From positions 1,568,001 to 1,632,000 of the forward strand of contig OY760505.1 of the NCBI GenBank assembly GCA_963663545.1: 64,000 nucleotides of DNA, read 5' to 3'. The DNA is from Candidatus Delongbacteria bacterium. Lineage in GTDB: Bacteria; CAIWAD01. The translations under genes were made by a program, and so were the position numbers. The notes below the pieces were generated by a model. The model worked only from the letters and a program-made list of their open reading frames with translations. It searched no databases and had not been told where the DNA came from. Each line of letters begins with the position of its first letter. Positions within the stretch are counted from its first letter, which is position 1. Shown one piece after another: positions 48,874-58,595 of the stretch.

Positions 48874-51015
48874 TTAATTCTCCTCCGGGCTGACGGGGTT
48901 CGCAGGATCCCAGCCGACATTGGCTGTTGCGCAACCCTCTCCAAAATCAAACGCTGTGCCACCGGCTGGCAAGTATTCTGTGCCGGTCAATTCGGGGTCG
49001 ACATCATAGCTGTTACACTCGCTGACAAAGGCCCAGTTCGCCGGGAAGTAATCGTCGGTTACTTCGCCATTGTCGTAGAAAACATTCAGGTTGACAACCG
49101 GGTTGTTGTAATCGTTTGACTCACCAACCGCTTGCCCATGAATGGCTGAAGCTACATCCGAATTGGGGTTGTCACAGGACGCAATGATGTTCCCCTGAAT
49201 CAGCGGGTTGCAGTTATCGTTCAGCTTCATTCCACCGGCGGTCGCACCCGTGATGGTATTATTCAGCACAACCGACGCATCCGTCGCATTCGACCAGAGT
49301 TTCACGCCGTATGTGCCTGGATTCAAGAACAAGTTGTTCTCGATGCGCACGCCCTGATCTGTGTCGTACACCATTACGCCATACGCGCCAACGCTGCTGA
49401 TGGTCGAATTGATGAGTTCCAGATCGGCACCATCGTAGGCATACACAGCGGCATAACCAATTTCTTCGAAGCTGCAATTGTCAACAACCAGTTTGCCCGT
49501 GGTGCCTTCAATGCTAACACCATGGTTATAGCCATGGGAGAAATCGCAATGGGTTACAGTAGCATTCATACCATCGCGGATTTCGAGCATACCGCCATTC
49601 AGGACGAAATTGTCGCCGGTGTTACTGGATTCCGAACCGCCATAGAAGCTGCAGTTTTCAAAGCTGGCATGCATCTCAAGGCTGTCATTGTAAAACACCA
49701 CACTCTTCCATGCCGGCAGGCCGGTACGATCTGCGGTGGGCACAAACTCTACGTTGGTGACGCTCAGTTCATTATCAAACTCCAGGCCGAAATAGTCGGA
49801 GAACTCAACGGTCAAGTTTGACAGGGACACCGCTTCGTGGCTGAAAGCGTCGCAGGTAACCGTATACACTCCACCATCCAGGGTGGTTTGTTTGATCCGC
49901 TTGCGAAGCTCATTCGGGGCCGCTTCGTAGTAGACCATGGCCAAATCAGTTCGCTTGTCGCCATTATAATCAAAGCCCGCCTCGATGCAGGGACTGCAGG
50001 AATTGTAGATCTGCACGTCGGCATTGATTTCGTCAAAATAGGCGTCGGCAACAGTGTTGCTGAACTGATCACAAGGATCATTGCTCTCGTTACGACGATA
50101 GATCACATCGCCATCTTCGTCGTAACCAAGCCTGGTCGAGCCAAAAAGCAAGGTAGAATTGACCAGGACCGTGTCCTGAGTCGTTGAGTCAGGCAAAATG
50201 ATGGTGGCCGTATAACCGAACTGCGTAGTCTGAAATCCCACCTCAGGCATGCGGAACTGCAGCGAGCTGTTCGACGAAACGTTGTTGTTGCTGATGTAGG
50301 GTTCGCCGTTGTTGCCCGTCAGCCAGTCGATCTCCACGGTGTTTCCAATGTGGTTGGCATCAAAAACAAGACCGGAACCATCATTGGCATGAATGATGTT
50401 GGAACGCAGCGTGGGACGGCTATCGCCCGTAAGCAGCACACCATTGTACTGCGAATAGTAAACCAGACAATGCTCAATGGTCGGGCTCGCACTATTTAGC
50501 ACAATCTGCGCGCTGCGCTCAAAATCGTCACGATTGAACTTAGCGCCGTAACCGACGAAGCAGTACTGCATCACCGAGTTGTCTGCATTCCAGGATGCTT
50601 GCGAGAGGGAATCATCAGGATTGTAGGTGCGGAACACCAGGCTGCCCCACAAACCGTAATCCTCGTCCGCCTTTGAGCTAATGAAGCGGATCGGTGAATC
50701 AAGCGTGCCGACTGCGGTGAGGGTGCCCTCAACGTAAATATTAGCCCACTTGGCCATGTAAACATTCACACCCGCATCGATGATCAATTCCTGACCCGCA
50801 GGAATGGTCAGGACCGAATCGTCACTGACACTTACGTAATAGGGGCTTCCTTCGAGCGTCCAGTGTCCGCCGGAAGTCAGATCCGCGCTCACCTCTGTGG
50901 TGTAGCCACGATCCGGCCCCGAATCTTCTTCAGTTTTTACGCTGCTATCGTCGTCCTCGCAAGCGACCAAGGTGATCATGAGCAAGGCCAGCAGCCAGAG
51001 AAGGCTATTCTTCAT
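48874..51015 (-). CDS. Lipoprotein with right-handed parallel beta-helix repeats
   Basis: Lipobox LVAC; WTLEGSPY, GTL-AVGT-D-PIRF, repeated I-NN motifs, SPCIEAG. Confidence 0.8.
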   Translation of the reverse strand: MKNSLLWLLALLMITLVACEDDDSSVKTEEDSGPDRGYTTEVSADLTSGGHWTLEGSPYYVSVSDDSVLTIPAGQELIIDAGVNVYMAKWANIYVEGTLTAVGTLDSPIRFISSKADEDYGLWGSLVFRTYNPDDSLSQASWNADNSVMQYCFVGYGAKFNRDDFERSAQIVLNSASPTIEHCLVYYSQYNGVLLTGDSRPTLRSNIIHANDGSGLVFDANHIGNTVEIDWLTGNNGEPYISNNNVSSNSSLQFRMPEVGFQTTQFGYTATIILPDSTTQDTVLVNSTLLFGSTRLGYDEDGDVIYRRNESNDPCDQFSNTVADAYFDEINADVQIYNSCSPCIEAGFDYNGDKRTDLAMVYYEAAPNELRKRIKQTTLDGGVYTVTCDAFSHEAVSLSNLTVEFSDYFGLEFDNELSVTNVEFVPTADRTGLPAWKSVVFYNDSLEMHASFENCSFYGGSESSNTGDNFVLNGGMLEIRDGMNATVTHCDFSHGYNHGVSIEGTTGKLVVDNCSFEEIGYAAVYAYDGADLELINSTISSVGAYGVMVYDTDQGVRIENNLFLNPGTYGVKLWSNATDASVVLNNTITGATAGGMKLNDNCNPLIQGNIIASCDNPNSDVASAIHGQAVGESNDYNNPVVNLNVFYDNGEVTDDYFPANWAFVSECNSYDVDPELTGTEYLPAGGTAFDFGEGCATANVGWDPANPVSPEEN

Positions 51016-51026
51016 CCTTCAGCTCC

Positions 51027-54000
51027 CTAGAATCGGTATCCAAGCTTCAGCAGCACCTGACGCCCCGGGCCGTAGTTGCGCGGATTGGCGTCGTAGGAAT
51101 TCTTCGCGGGATAGTACAAGGCGTAATCGTCGCTCATACCATGCGTGAACAAATAGGTCGTGCCCGTTGCACTGTACACGTCGCGAACGTTGTGCTTGTT
51201 GAAGATGTTACGAACCTCAAAGCCCACCGTGAAACGATGCCGCTCGGTGGCGCCGACCGTGAAATACTTCTCGAACTTCAGGTCGGTGGTTTCTGTCCAC
51301 TCCATCCGCTGAGAGTTGATATCCACTTCTGCGCTATTATCAACACCTTCGCTGTACTTGGAGGGCGTATAAGGCAGGCCGCTACCAAAGCTGTTGCTCA
51401 GATAAAGCATCCAATCATCGGGCAAATTGAAGCCAAAGAGCTCTGGATGCTCGCCCTTGTCATAATAGAGGGACCAACTTGCATTGATGCTGTGGGTCTG
51501 GTCCCAGGCAAGCGGGTGCTCTTCGCGGTTCTCCACCTGGCCGGCAATTCGACTTTCCGAAGCTTCCGTCGCCGAAGATGCCTTGCCATAGGCAAAGGAG
51601 AGCTCGTAGTTGAAGTTCAGAGAAGAGTGACGCGAGTAGCGCTCCAAAGAGAAGCTGACGCCGCGGCTGCGACCATAATCACCATTGGTGTACTTGTCGA
51701 TGAAGTACCCCGCCTGCACCTCTACGGATGTAGTAGTGATCTGGTCGAAGATGTCGCGGTAGTAGCCCTGAACATTGACCGTGGTGTTCATCTCGGGCAG
51801 TTCCGCCTCAACACCAAACTGGTACTCGACCGTTTTCTGATACTTCAGATTGGGATTTCCAACCAGGGTATCATTGGCTCGCGAACCGGTTGCCTGCGCG
51901 TAATAGTACTGATAGTTCGGTGCCTGATAGAAGTGACCGTAGTTGAAGTATAGCTTGGCGGTATCGGTAATGGGATGGCTGATACCAAGGCGGGGACTGA
52001 AGCGACTCTGGCGACGCTCAGCCGTGACCGCGCCGGGATCGCCAGCGTTGGCGCTTTCTTCCGTCTCACTGACATAGCTGTCCTCGTGCAACAGGATATC
52101 CCAGCGCAGACCGATGAGCACATTCAAGCCCTCGAACTCCATGCGATCACGGAGATACAGTGCACCTTCCCAAGGCTTACGATGGTAGAAGTTGCGATAG
52201 CTACCGCGATCGGGATAGGGTGCATCGTCTTCCAACTCAACAGTACCGTCATACAGCAGCTGGGGCTCTTCGATGCTGTTCATTTCCATGTCGCGGTACA
52301 TCAACTCAAAACCACCCAAGAGGTCATGGAAGCGGTTGGCCTGCACCTGATACTCGGTCTTCCACGAGTAGGTGATGGACTCACGCTCCTGCCAAAGCGC
52401 CTGAGCATCAAAGGCGTAAGGATTCAAGAACCAGTCGTAGTAGTCGGGCGTGTTGTACTGCGCGCCCCAAGCGGCAGAAACGGGGAAGTTACCCGAAGTG
52501 GCTCCATCCTGGACACCATTCTCGTTGTAATCCTCAAAGGGCTCCCACTCTTCCCAGGACTGGTTTGGAGGATCAAACATCTCGTCGCGGCCATCGCGGT
52601 TGGAGCGATCTCCCCATGTGGTAGCACTGCTGCCATCGGCACCCGCGCTAATGGCATACAGCGAGTTGCCTTCAGGCCAATCCGACCCATGCGCCTCAAG
52701 ACTGAAGACCTGAGCACCACTGCCACCGACACCATACAGCACCGGGAAGCTTACGTCAACAACCGTACCTCGGAAATGCTGGTTGTTCAGCACTTCTTCA
52801 GGGACTGTTGCCACGTTACGAACGCCTGCATTGCTGTAATAATCCGAATAGGGTGAGGTAATGAAGGAGGCGTAACTGGTAAAGAGTTCGTACTCATCGA
52901 AGATGAAGTTCGGACCATCGTACACACCATTCAGCGTCGGCGAAGGCGGTGTTCCGACAGCACCATTGTCCAGCCAGACCGAATAAGCACCGGAAGTAGA
53001 CGGCAGGTCGTAGAAAAGCTCGCCGGCATCCCAGACGCCATTGAAAACACCCGTGAAGGGGTCGGGCTGATCGACAAAGGGTTCGCCGGTATCCCAAAAG
53101 AAGTCGCCGTCCAGGAAGGGCTCACCAAGGTCCTCGTTGCTATCGCGGACATCCTGGAAATCGATGCGACCATCGCCGTCGATGTCGTCATAGCCCTCGG
53201 CCATATCCCAGGTGCCGTTGCCGTTAGCATCAACGAAGACTTCGTCTCCGTCGCAAACACCGTTGCCATTCTCATCGGTGAACTCTTCGCACCAACCGTC
53301 CCAGGTACCATTGCCGTTGGCATCCTGGAAACGCTCACCGTCCCAGACGCCGTTATGGTTGGTATCCTGCTCAGGCGTTTGCGGTTCAGCGTCATCCCAC
53401 CGACCGTTTCCATTGAGGTCGGTGTAAACTTCGCCCTGATCCCAGGCACCGTTGTTGTTTAGATCAACCAGCGGCTCTGCTGCGTCGTACACGCCGTTGC
53501 CATTCAGGTCAACCCACTCTTCGCCCGGATCCCAAACGCCGTTGCGATTCAGATCCTCGTAGCCCTCGGAATAGACCGGGTTGCCGTCTTCGTCGTAATA
53601 GAAGCCGTCGTAGGTACCGTTGTTGTTGGCATCTACATAACCATCGAAGTATCCGTTGCCATCGTAATCCTGATATCCCAGGAACGCGGACTTGGCATCT
53701 TCCTGCGAACGCTCGTTGGAGGGATACTCAAGCGTGAAGTCATCCGGACTGTAATCCGCAGGGGTAATCTGTGTATAAGTACGCGAACGATACAGAATTG
53801 TCTCAAGCGAGCTATTCTCACTTAGAGCAGAGCTGTAGGTCAGTGAGAAAGCACTGCGCTCGTTCTTGGCACGCGGACGATAATCCGCATTGTATAAATA
53901 CGGATAGCCGTAGTTACCGCTAACGGACTCGCCCTCCGGGTAGAGGTCCCATTTGCGGTAGAATTGCTCGCCGTACAGCTTGAGCTTGCTGCGCGTACCG

Positions 54001-55019
54001 ATAGGAACCGCAAGATTCAAACTGACCTGGTACTCGTTCTTCTGGCGCTCAGGCAGTTCAATGCCAATGTCCAGATAATCCGAGGAGCCACGATCCACAT
54101 CGTAAGGGATGTAGGTGTCGGTCAGGTAGCCGCGGCCGGAAAAGAAAAAGGTGACGCGCTCGTGTGCAGGCTTGTTGCCCTGGAAGGGGAGCGGACCACC
54201 AAAGGTCAGGCTGACACCGTCGGTGTTGAAAGAGTAGTCGTCCAACAAGTTGTCGGTCTGCCACTCGATCTTTCCGTGATAGGAGTCATTGTCGCCTTCC
54301 TTGGTGGACACCTTTACCACAGCCGCCTGCGCCTGTCCGTACTCGGGGCCGAAACCACCGGACAGCACATCGAGCTGCTCAATGTTGGCCACATCGAGGT
54401 TGACGAAAGTGGCAGCACCACCAACCAGCGGGTCATCCACAGAGACACCGTTGATCACGTATTTCGTCTCGTCGGAGCGACCACCACGAGCGTGAATCTT
54501 GCCCTCGGCGTCCACCTTGAAGCCAGGCATGCTGGCTACAATCTGGGTCGCATCGGAAGTCGCCATGCGCTCGATCTGCTTCGAGTCGACACCAATGCTG
54601 GCTGAAGCCGAGGATAGTACCACACCACCCGTCTTGGCGACAACCGTGACCTCCTCCAACTCAACGGAGTTGGGAGTTAAGGTAATCACTCCCAGATCCT
54701 GGGACTGGTCGCGGATCACCACGACATTCTCCACCATCAGCTCGTGATACCCAAGACAAGAAACCTTGAGGGTATAGTTGCCAATGGGGACCTGGGGAAT
54801 TAGAACATTACCATCCAGGTCACTGGCGGCGCCTCGCGCAGGCTGACTATCCAGCACAACGACATTGGCATTCATAACAGGTTCGCCCGTCGTGTCCTTC
54901 AGTACCACGCGAATTCGGCCTGTATCTGCGGCAAACGCAGACTGCAGGGAACTCAGCAGCAACAGAACGACGACCAATAGAACGGGCGGGACAGCTCGTA
55001 GCTGGGCTACTCCCTTCAT
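51027..55019 (-). CDS. TonB-dependent receptor with large Ca-binding-like repeat insertion
   Basis: N-terminal carboxypeptidase-like domain, plug HARGGRSDE...LSGGFGPEYG, FSPRLGISHPIT, GNPNLK, C-terminal GRQVLLKLGYRF. Confidence 0.9.
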   Translation of the reverse strand: MKGVAQLRAVPPVLLVVVLLLLSSLQSAFAADTGRIRVVLKDTTGEPVMNANVVVLDSQPARGAASDLDGNVLIPQVPIGNYTLKVSCLGYHELMVENVVVIRDQSQDLGVITLTPNSVELEEVTVVAKTGGVVLSSASASIGVDSKQIERMATSDATQIVASMPGFKVDAEGKIHARGGRSDETKYVINGVSVDDPLVGGAATFVNLDVANIEQLDVLSGGFGPEYGQAQAAVVKVSTKEGDNDSYHGKIEWQTDNLLDDYSFNTDGVSLTFGGPLPFQGNKPAHERVTFFFSGRGYLTDTYIPYDVDRGSSDYLDIGIELPERQKNEYQVSLNLAVPIGTRSKLKLYGEQFYRKWDLYPEGESVSGNYGYPYLYNADYRPRAKNERSAFSLTYSSALSENSSLETILYRSRTYTQITPADYSPDDFTLEYPSNERSQEDAKSAFLGYQDYDGNGYFDGYVDANNNGTYDGFYYDEDGNPVYSEGYEDLNRNGVWDPGEEWVDLNGNGVYDAAEPLVDLNNNGAWDQGEVYTDLNGNGRWDDAEPQTPEQDTNHNGVWDGERFQDANGNGTWDGWCEEFTDENGNGVCDGDEVFVDANGNGTWDMAEGYDDIDGDGRIDFQDVRDSNEDLGEPFLDGDFFWDTGEPFVDQPDPFTGVFNGVWDAGELFYDLPSTSGAYSVWLDNGAVGTPPSPTLNGVYDGPNFIFDEYELFTSYASFITSPYSDYYSNAGVRNVATVPEEVLNNQHFRGTVVDVSFPVLYGVGGSGAQVFSLEAHGSDWPEGNSLYAISAGADGSSATTWGDRSNRDGRDEMFDPPNQSWEEWEPFEDYNENGVQDGATSGNFPVSAAWGAQYNTPDYYDWFLNPYAFDAQALWQERESITYSWKTEYQVQANRFHDLLGGFELMYRDMEMNSIEEPQLLYDGTVELEDDAPYPDRGSYRNFYHRKPWEGALYLRDRMEFEGLNVLIGLRWDILLHEDSYVSETEESANAGDPGAVTAERRQSRFSPRLGISHPITDTAKLYFNYGHFYQAPNYQYYYAQATGSRANDTLVGNPNLKYQKTVEYQFGVEAELPEMNTTVNVQGYYRDIFDQITTTSVEVQAGYFIDKYTNGDYGRSRGVSFSLERYSRHSSLNFNYELSFAYGKASSATEASESRIAGQVENREEHPLAWDQTHSINASWSLYYDKGEHPELFGFNLPDDWMLYLSNSFGSGLPYTPSKYSEGVDNSAEVDINSQRMEWTETTDLKFEKYFTVGATERHRFTVGFEVRNIFNKHNVRDVYSATGTTYLFTHGMSDDYALYYPAKNSYDANPRNYGPGRQVLLKLGYRF
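53000..53680 (-). repeat. About 11 tandem D-x-N-x-N-G-x-W-D-x-x-E peptide repeats inside the TonB receptor
   Basis: DLNRNGVWDPGE, DLNGNGVYDAAE, DLNNNGAWDQGE, DLNGNGRWDDAE, DANGNGTWDMAE etc. Confidence 0.85.
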
Positions 55020-55274
55020 CACTCACTCCACGTGTTCGACTTTGGTGAGATGTGACTTGCAATCGTAAAAAAGTAGGTAATCAGGCAAGCTGAGTCAAGG
55101 ACAACCGGTCCGCCTGCAGCGGGATATAAATACAAGTTATCCAATAACTTCCAGCCACCTCCCGGCGTGCACCAATAGCGCCGTACAGAAGCAATACAGC
55201 AGCTATATGACTGATTTTTTGCAACATAACAGTAGATCTTTCAGCAGCCGAACCTGGTCCACCGCATTTCTTCG

Positions 55275-56315
55275 CTACTCCAAAGGAAGGCCATCTCGCT
55301 GTTGAGCCGCCTGCGCGCGGTACCACTGGAAGAGGCTGCGCACAATTCGGTCTTGGTCTTTTGGATCCAGGTCACGGAAAACCATGTGCAATCGCTTGAG
55401 GTTATTGTGCAAGGGTACAACGTGCAGCACTTCCGCCTGCATGTTGGCCAATAACAGGTCTTGCAAAGGTAGCGCGAACTGGATACGTTGTCCCCGACGG
55501 GCAAGGTGGCGGGTAACCAACGCAGCACCCGAGCCCGAGAGATTGATCAGTTTCCCTGGAACGCGCTGTAGTGGCGGCATGCTCTGAGCATAACTCTCAG
55601 CTACAACCATGAAATGCACATCGATATCCACATCAACACGCCAGTACTCACGCAATTGACGCGTGTGAAATCGGTCACCACCCGCATGCGCCAGCACCAG
55701 TTGCTCACCATGGGATAGAACTCGACACTGTGCGGTATACATGGCCTCAGGCCTCGGGAAATACACCGACAACTCATCGCCAGCCTGAATGCTGCTAAGG
55801 CTTCCGCTGTGGGGCTTGAGTCGCATGGAGCTAAGATCGTTGTGCACCATCAGGCAAGTCGCCACCTGGCCCGCAACGCCCTGGCGCGCCAAGTTGATTG
55901 TAACACCGGGAGGCAGATCCCGCGTGGACTGCGGCGCGTGTACAAGGTGTGGATTCGGGTATAAGGCCTTACGCACGCGCTCCAAGCGGGAAAACAGCGC
56001 ATCGTCGACGTTCTGGCTCCCTAATGTGTCGACGTAGTGGTTGAACAGGGCCACACTGGACAGCATGCGTGCTGGTCGTTCGCGATCAATCCTGTACGCT
56101 GTTTTAAGCGCCAAACGACAATCGTCCGCCGAAAGCCCTGTCGCGCGCAGCTCGCGTAAAAGCTCCCGACGAGCCCCTAATCGCTCGATGATTCGACGGA
56201 TGATGAAGTAGATGTAAGGCGCCAGAAGCAGTGTGATTAGTACGACGTAAACCATGTGCGGCCCGCCATCAAAGACGGAGCGGAAGTTGATGCGGATGTA
56301 GTCCAGTTTATCCAT
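55275..56315 (-). CDS. Membrane-anchored PilZ-domain (YcgR-like) c-di-GMP effector
   Basis: N-terminal TM; QLREYWR (RxxxR) and NLSGSG motifs. Confidence 0.8.
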   Translation of the reverse strand: MDKLDYIRINFRSVFDGGPHMVYVVLITLLLAPYIYFIIRRIIERLGARRELLRELRATGLSADDCRLALKTAYRIDRERPARMLSSVALFNHYVDTLGSQNVDDALFSRLERVRKALYPNPHLVHAPQSTRDLPPGVTINLARQGVAGQVATCLMVHNDLSSMRLKPHSGSLSSIQAGDELSVYFPRPEAMYTAQCRVLSHGEQLVLAHAGGDRFHTRQLREYWRVDVDIDVHFMVVAESYAQSMPPLQRVPGKLINLSGSGAALVTRHLARRGQRIQFALPLQDLLLANMQAEVLHVVPLHNNLKRLHMVFRDLDPKDQDRIVRSLFQWYRAQAAQQRDGLPLE

Positions 56316-56386
56316 TCAAGGCCACTCAGTTTTCTGCTCTATCGGCCATGTCATGACAAGCTTGACATCGTCCTCACCCAAAAGAA

Positions 56387-57316
56387 TTAAAGGCCGCCTT
56401 CCTGGCGACTGGTGTGCACCTCGATTTGGCTCTCGGAACGGGAGCGAAACACACGATCCTGCTCCCAGATCGTAACTTTCAAATCTGTCCAGGAGTTGGT
56501 GCTTAGGTTGAAATGGTCCCTGGTGTGATACATGATCTCACCCTGTCCTCTTCCCTCTACACGCACGCGGTCTCGCTGCAGGCTATCCGGCTCCCAGATC
56601 ACCTGGCGTATCACGGATAGTCGAGCCTTGTCCTCCTGCATTTCTTCCAGCGTCCACGTGCTGCGCTCGTCCCAGACCAGATTGTATTGTCCATACGTCT
56701 GGCAACGCGAAGTCAGCTCGCTGTAAAAGCTCTTGACCTGCATCACGCGCACGGAATCTGCCGCATCGCCAAGCAGTAACCTGAGACTGGTCAGCATATA
56801 CTCTTCGGCTTCAGCCGGAGCGAGCTCCCGATCGATGACGAGCAGACTGTCTTCACTCCGATGTATCACGGTTGCGGAGTCACTGGCCAGAGCTTTCTCT
56901 TCCAATTCAGCTGTTCGCCACGCACTCACAGTGCCCGTGACGCCAATCCACTGCAGACTGTCCCGTTCCGGTAGCCAACGCGCCTCGGCCACGAGTCCTT
57001 CCAGGTGGGTGTGTAGGCGCTCGTCGGGCTGCTCAAAGTGGTAGGAATTGATCCGCAACTCGACCGGCATCCACCCATCGGCCTCTACTTTACCCGTGCG
57101 AAACTCCTGACTGGAGATGACGCGCTGATAAGTCAGCTGTTGGTCGATCGGATTTCCTTGTGTCTCACGAATGTCATAGCCCGAAGCCGTGTAAACGTTT
57201 GCATCCACCTGATAGGTGGAATTGGGCAGCCAACGTCGATCAATCTTTACCGCTGAATCTCGCGAACACGAAATCAGCAGGAAAGGGATCAGCGCGACAA
57301 GGAAAAAACTTCGCAT
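56387..57316 (-). CDS. Hypothetical lipoprotein
   Basis: MRSFFLVALIPFLLISC lipobox; starts 2 nt after the upstream stop. Confidence 0.7.
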   Translation of the reverse strand: MRSFFLVALIPFLLISCSRDSAVKIDRRWLPNSTYQVDANVYTASGYDIRETQGNPIDQQLTYQRVISSQEFRTGKVEADGWMPVELRINSYHFEQPDERLHTHLEGLVAEARWLPERDSLQWIGVTGTVSAWRTAELEEKALASDSATVIHRSEDSLLVIDRELAPAEAEEYMLTSLRLLLGDAADSVRVMQVKSFYSELTSRCQTYGQYNLVWDERSTWTLEEMQEDKARLSVIRQVIWEPDSLQRDRVRVEGRGQGEIMYHTRDHFNLSTNSWTDLKVTIWEQDRVFRSRSESQIEVHTSRQEGGL

Positions 57317-57317
57317 G

Positions 57318-58499
57318 CTAGCTCCATCGAAAGCGAATGCTGTCCAAAATGTGTTGCCGAAGCTCCTGCCAGCGTCGCCGGAACTCATCGTTCTCTTCGA
57401 TACGGTTCAACAGGATGATGAGCAGAGAGGCTACCACAAACGCAATCACACCCGACGCAAGCACCATAATTGTCCGCTTGGGTTTGATTCGCTTCTCTGC
57501 AACGCGCGGCGGGTCCAGCACCTGGAGGACTTCGGTATCGTTGACCTCTTCAATCTTCGCCTGCTCGAGCTGGGGGAGCATGAAGAGTAGCTTCTGATTT
57601 TCAATCTCCAGTTCTCGCTGGTAGCGGAGATAGTCAATTGCCGTGGAGGGCAGCTCACTAATGGCAAGGAAAAGGTCACTGTCACCCGTCTCGTAGGATT
57701 CATGCAGCTTTGTGCTCAAGGTACCTAGCTCAGCCGTCAGACGTTTGATCTCCGGATGATCCTCTGCATAATCCATGCGCGCCATGCGCAACTCCAGCTC
57801 CTTCAGCTCGACTTGCGCTTTTAACTCACTGTATTCGGTGAGTATTACGCGCGCCTGCTCGGTAGGCTCCAGCACGCGCTGAGTCTTCTGGAATTGGACA
57901 AGGGCCGTTTCCAGACTATCCAAGGTCGTACGAATTTTCCTTACCTCACCCTCGACAAAACTGCGGGTTTCCTTTGCACGCCGCACCTTGTATTCAAGAT
58001 TCAAGGCCTCAAGTTCTGTCAGAACATACTCACAGATCCGGCAAGCGTATTCGGGGTCTTCATCTTGCACAATCAGCGAGATAAACCCGGTTTCGAAATC
58101 CAACTCGGCGTGGACGTTCTTGGCTATCTTGCGCAGGACTTCCTCAATCTTGCTGCTTTTCATGCGATAGTGCTGCCGAAGATCAAACTCCCGCAGTATT
58201 CGCTCCTTCATTACTCGACTTTGTATCACGGCAAGGAAGTATCCGCCATCGCCACCTGCGGAAAGCCCGACCATCCCACCCAGCATCTCGCCCATGGGAA
58301 GACCACCAATCAAACTTGCGATGTCACTGTTGCCGCCCTCAGGAGGAAGAATCAACGCGCTTGACATGAACGTCTTCGGCATCACCAAGCTGTAAATCGC
58401 CGTGCTGATCATGGTCAGCAACATGATGCCATAGAGAATACGCTTGCGTCCCAGGATCTGGAGCAGCAAATCGAGTATGGGGTGCTGGTTTGATTTCAT
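57318..58499 (-). CDS. Wzz/GumC-family polysaccharide chain-length determinant
   Basis: N- and C-terminal TM helices, PKTF-S-A-ILPP, coiled coil with DHPEI, LQVLDPP...KPKR. Confidence 0.88.
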   Translation of the reverse strand: MKSNQHPILDLLLQILGRKRILYGIMLLTMISTAIYSLVMPKTFMSSALILPPEGGNSDIASLIGGLPMGEMLGGMVGLSAGGDGGYFLAVIQSRVMKERILREFDLRQHYRMKSSKIEEVLRKIAKNVHAELDFETGFISLIVQDEDPEYACRICEYVLTELEALNLEYKVRRAKETRSFVEGEVRKIRTTLDSLETALVQFQKTQRVLEPTEQARVILTEYSELKAQVELKELELRMARMDYAEDHPEIKRLTAELGTLSTKLHESYETGDSDLFLAISELPSTAIDYLRYQRELEIENQKLLFMLPQLEQAKIEEVNDTEVLQVLDPPRVAEKRIKPKRTIMVLASGVIAFVVASLLIILLNRIEENDEFRRRWQELRQHILDSIRFRWS

Positions 58500-58595
58500 T
58501 GGAGCAAACACAATCCTAAGTGGCTGATTTTCAAGATTAAACGCAGCAAGGTATTAATCAGACCAAGTATTCGCAAGCAAGCCAACATCGGGATC

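Noticed and set aside
53000..53680. DNA-level repeats (TCCCA...CCGTTG) as a possible CRISPR array
   Set aside because: Degenerate, in-frame peptide repeats within the TonB receptor; no constant repeat with unique spacers and no cas genes
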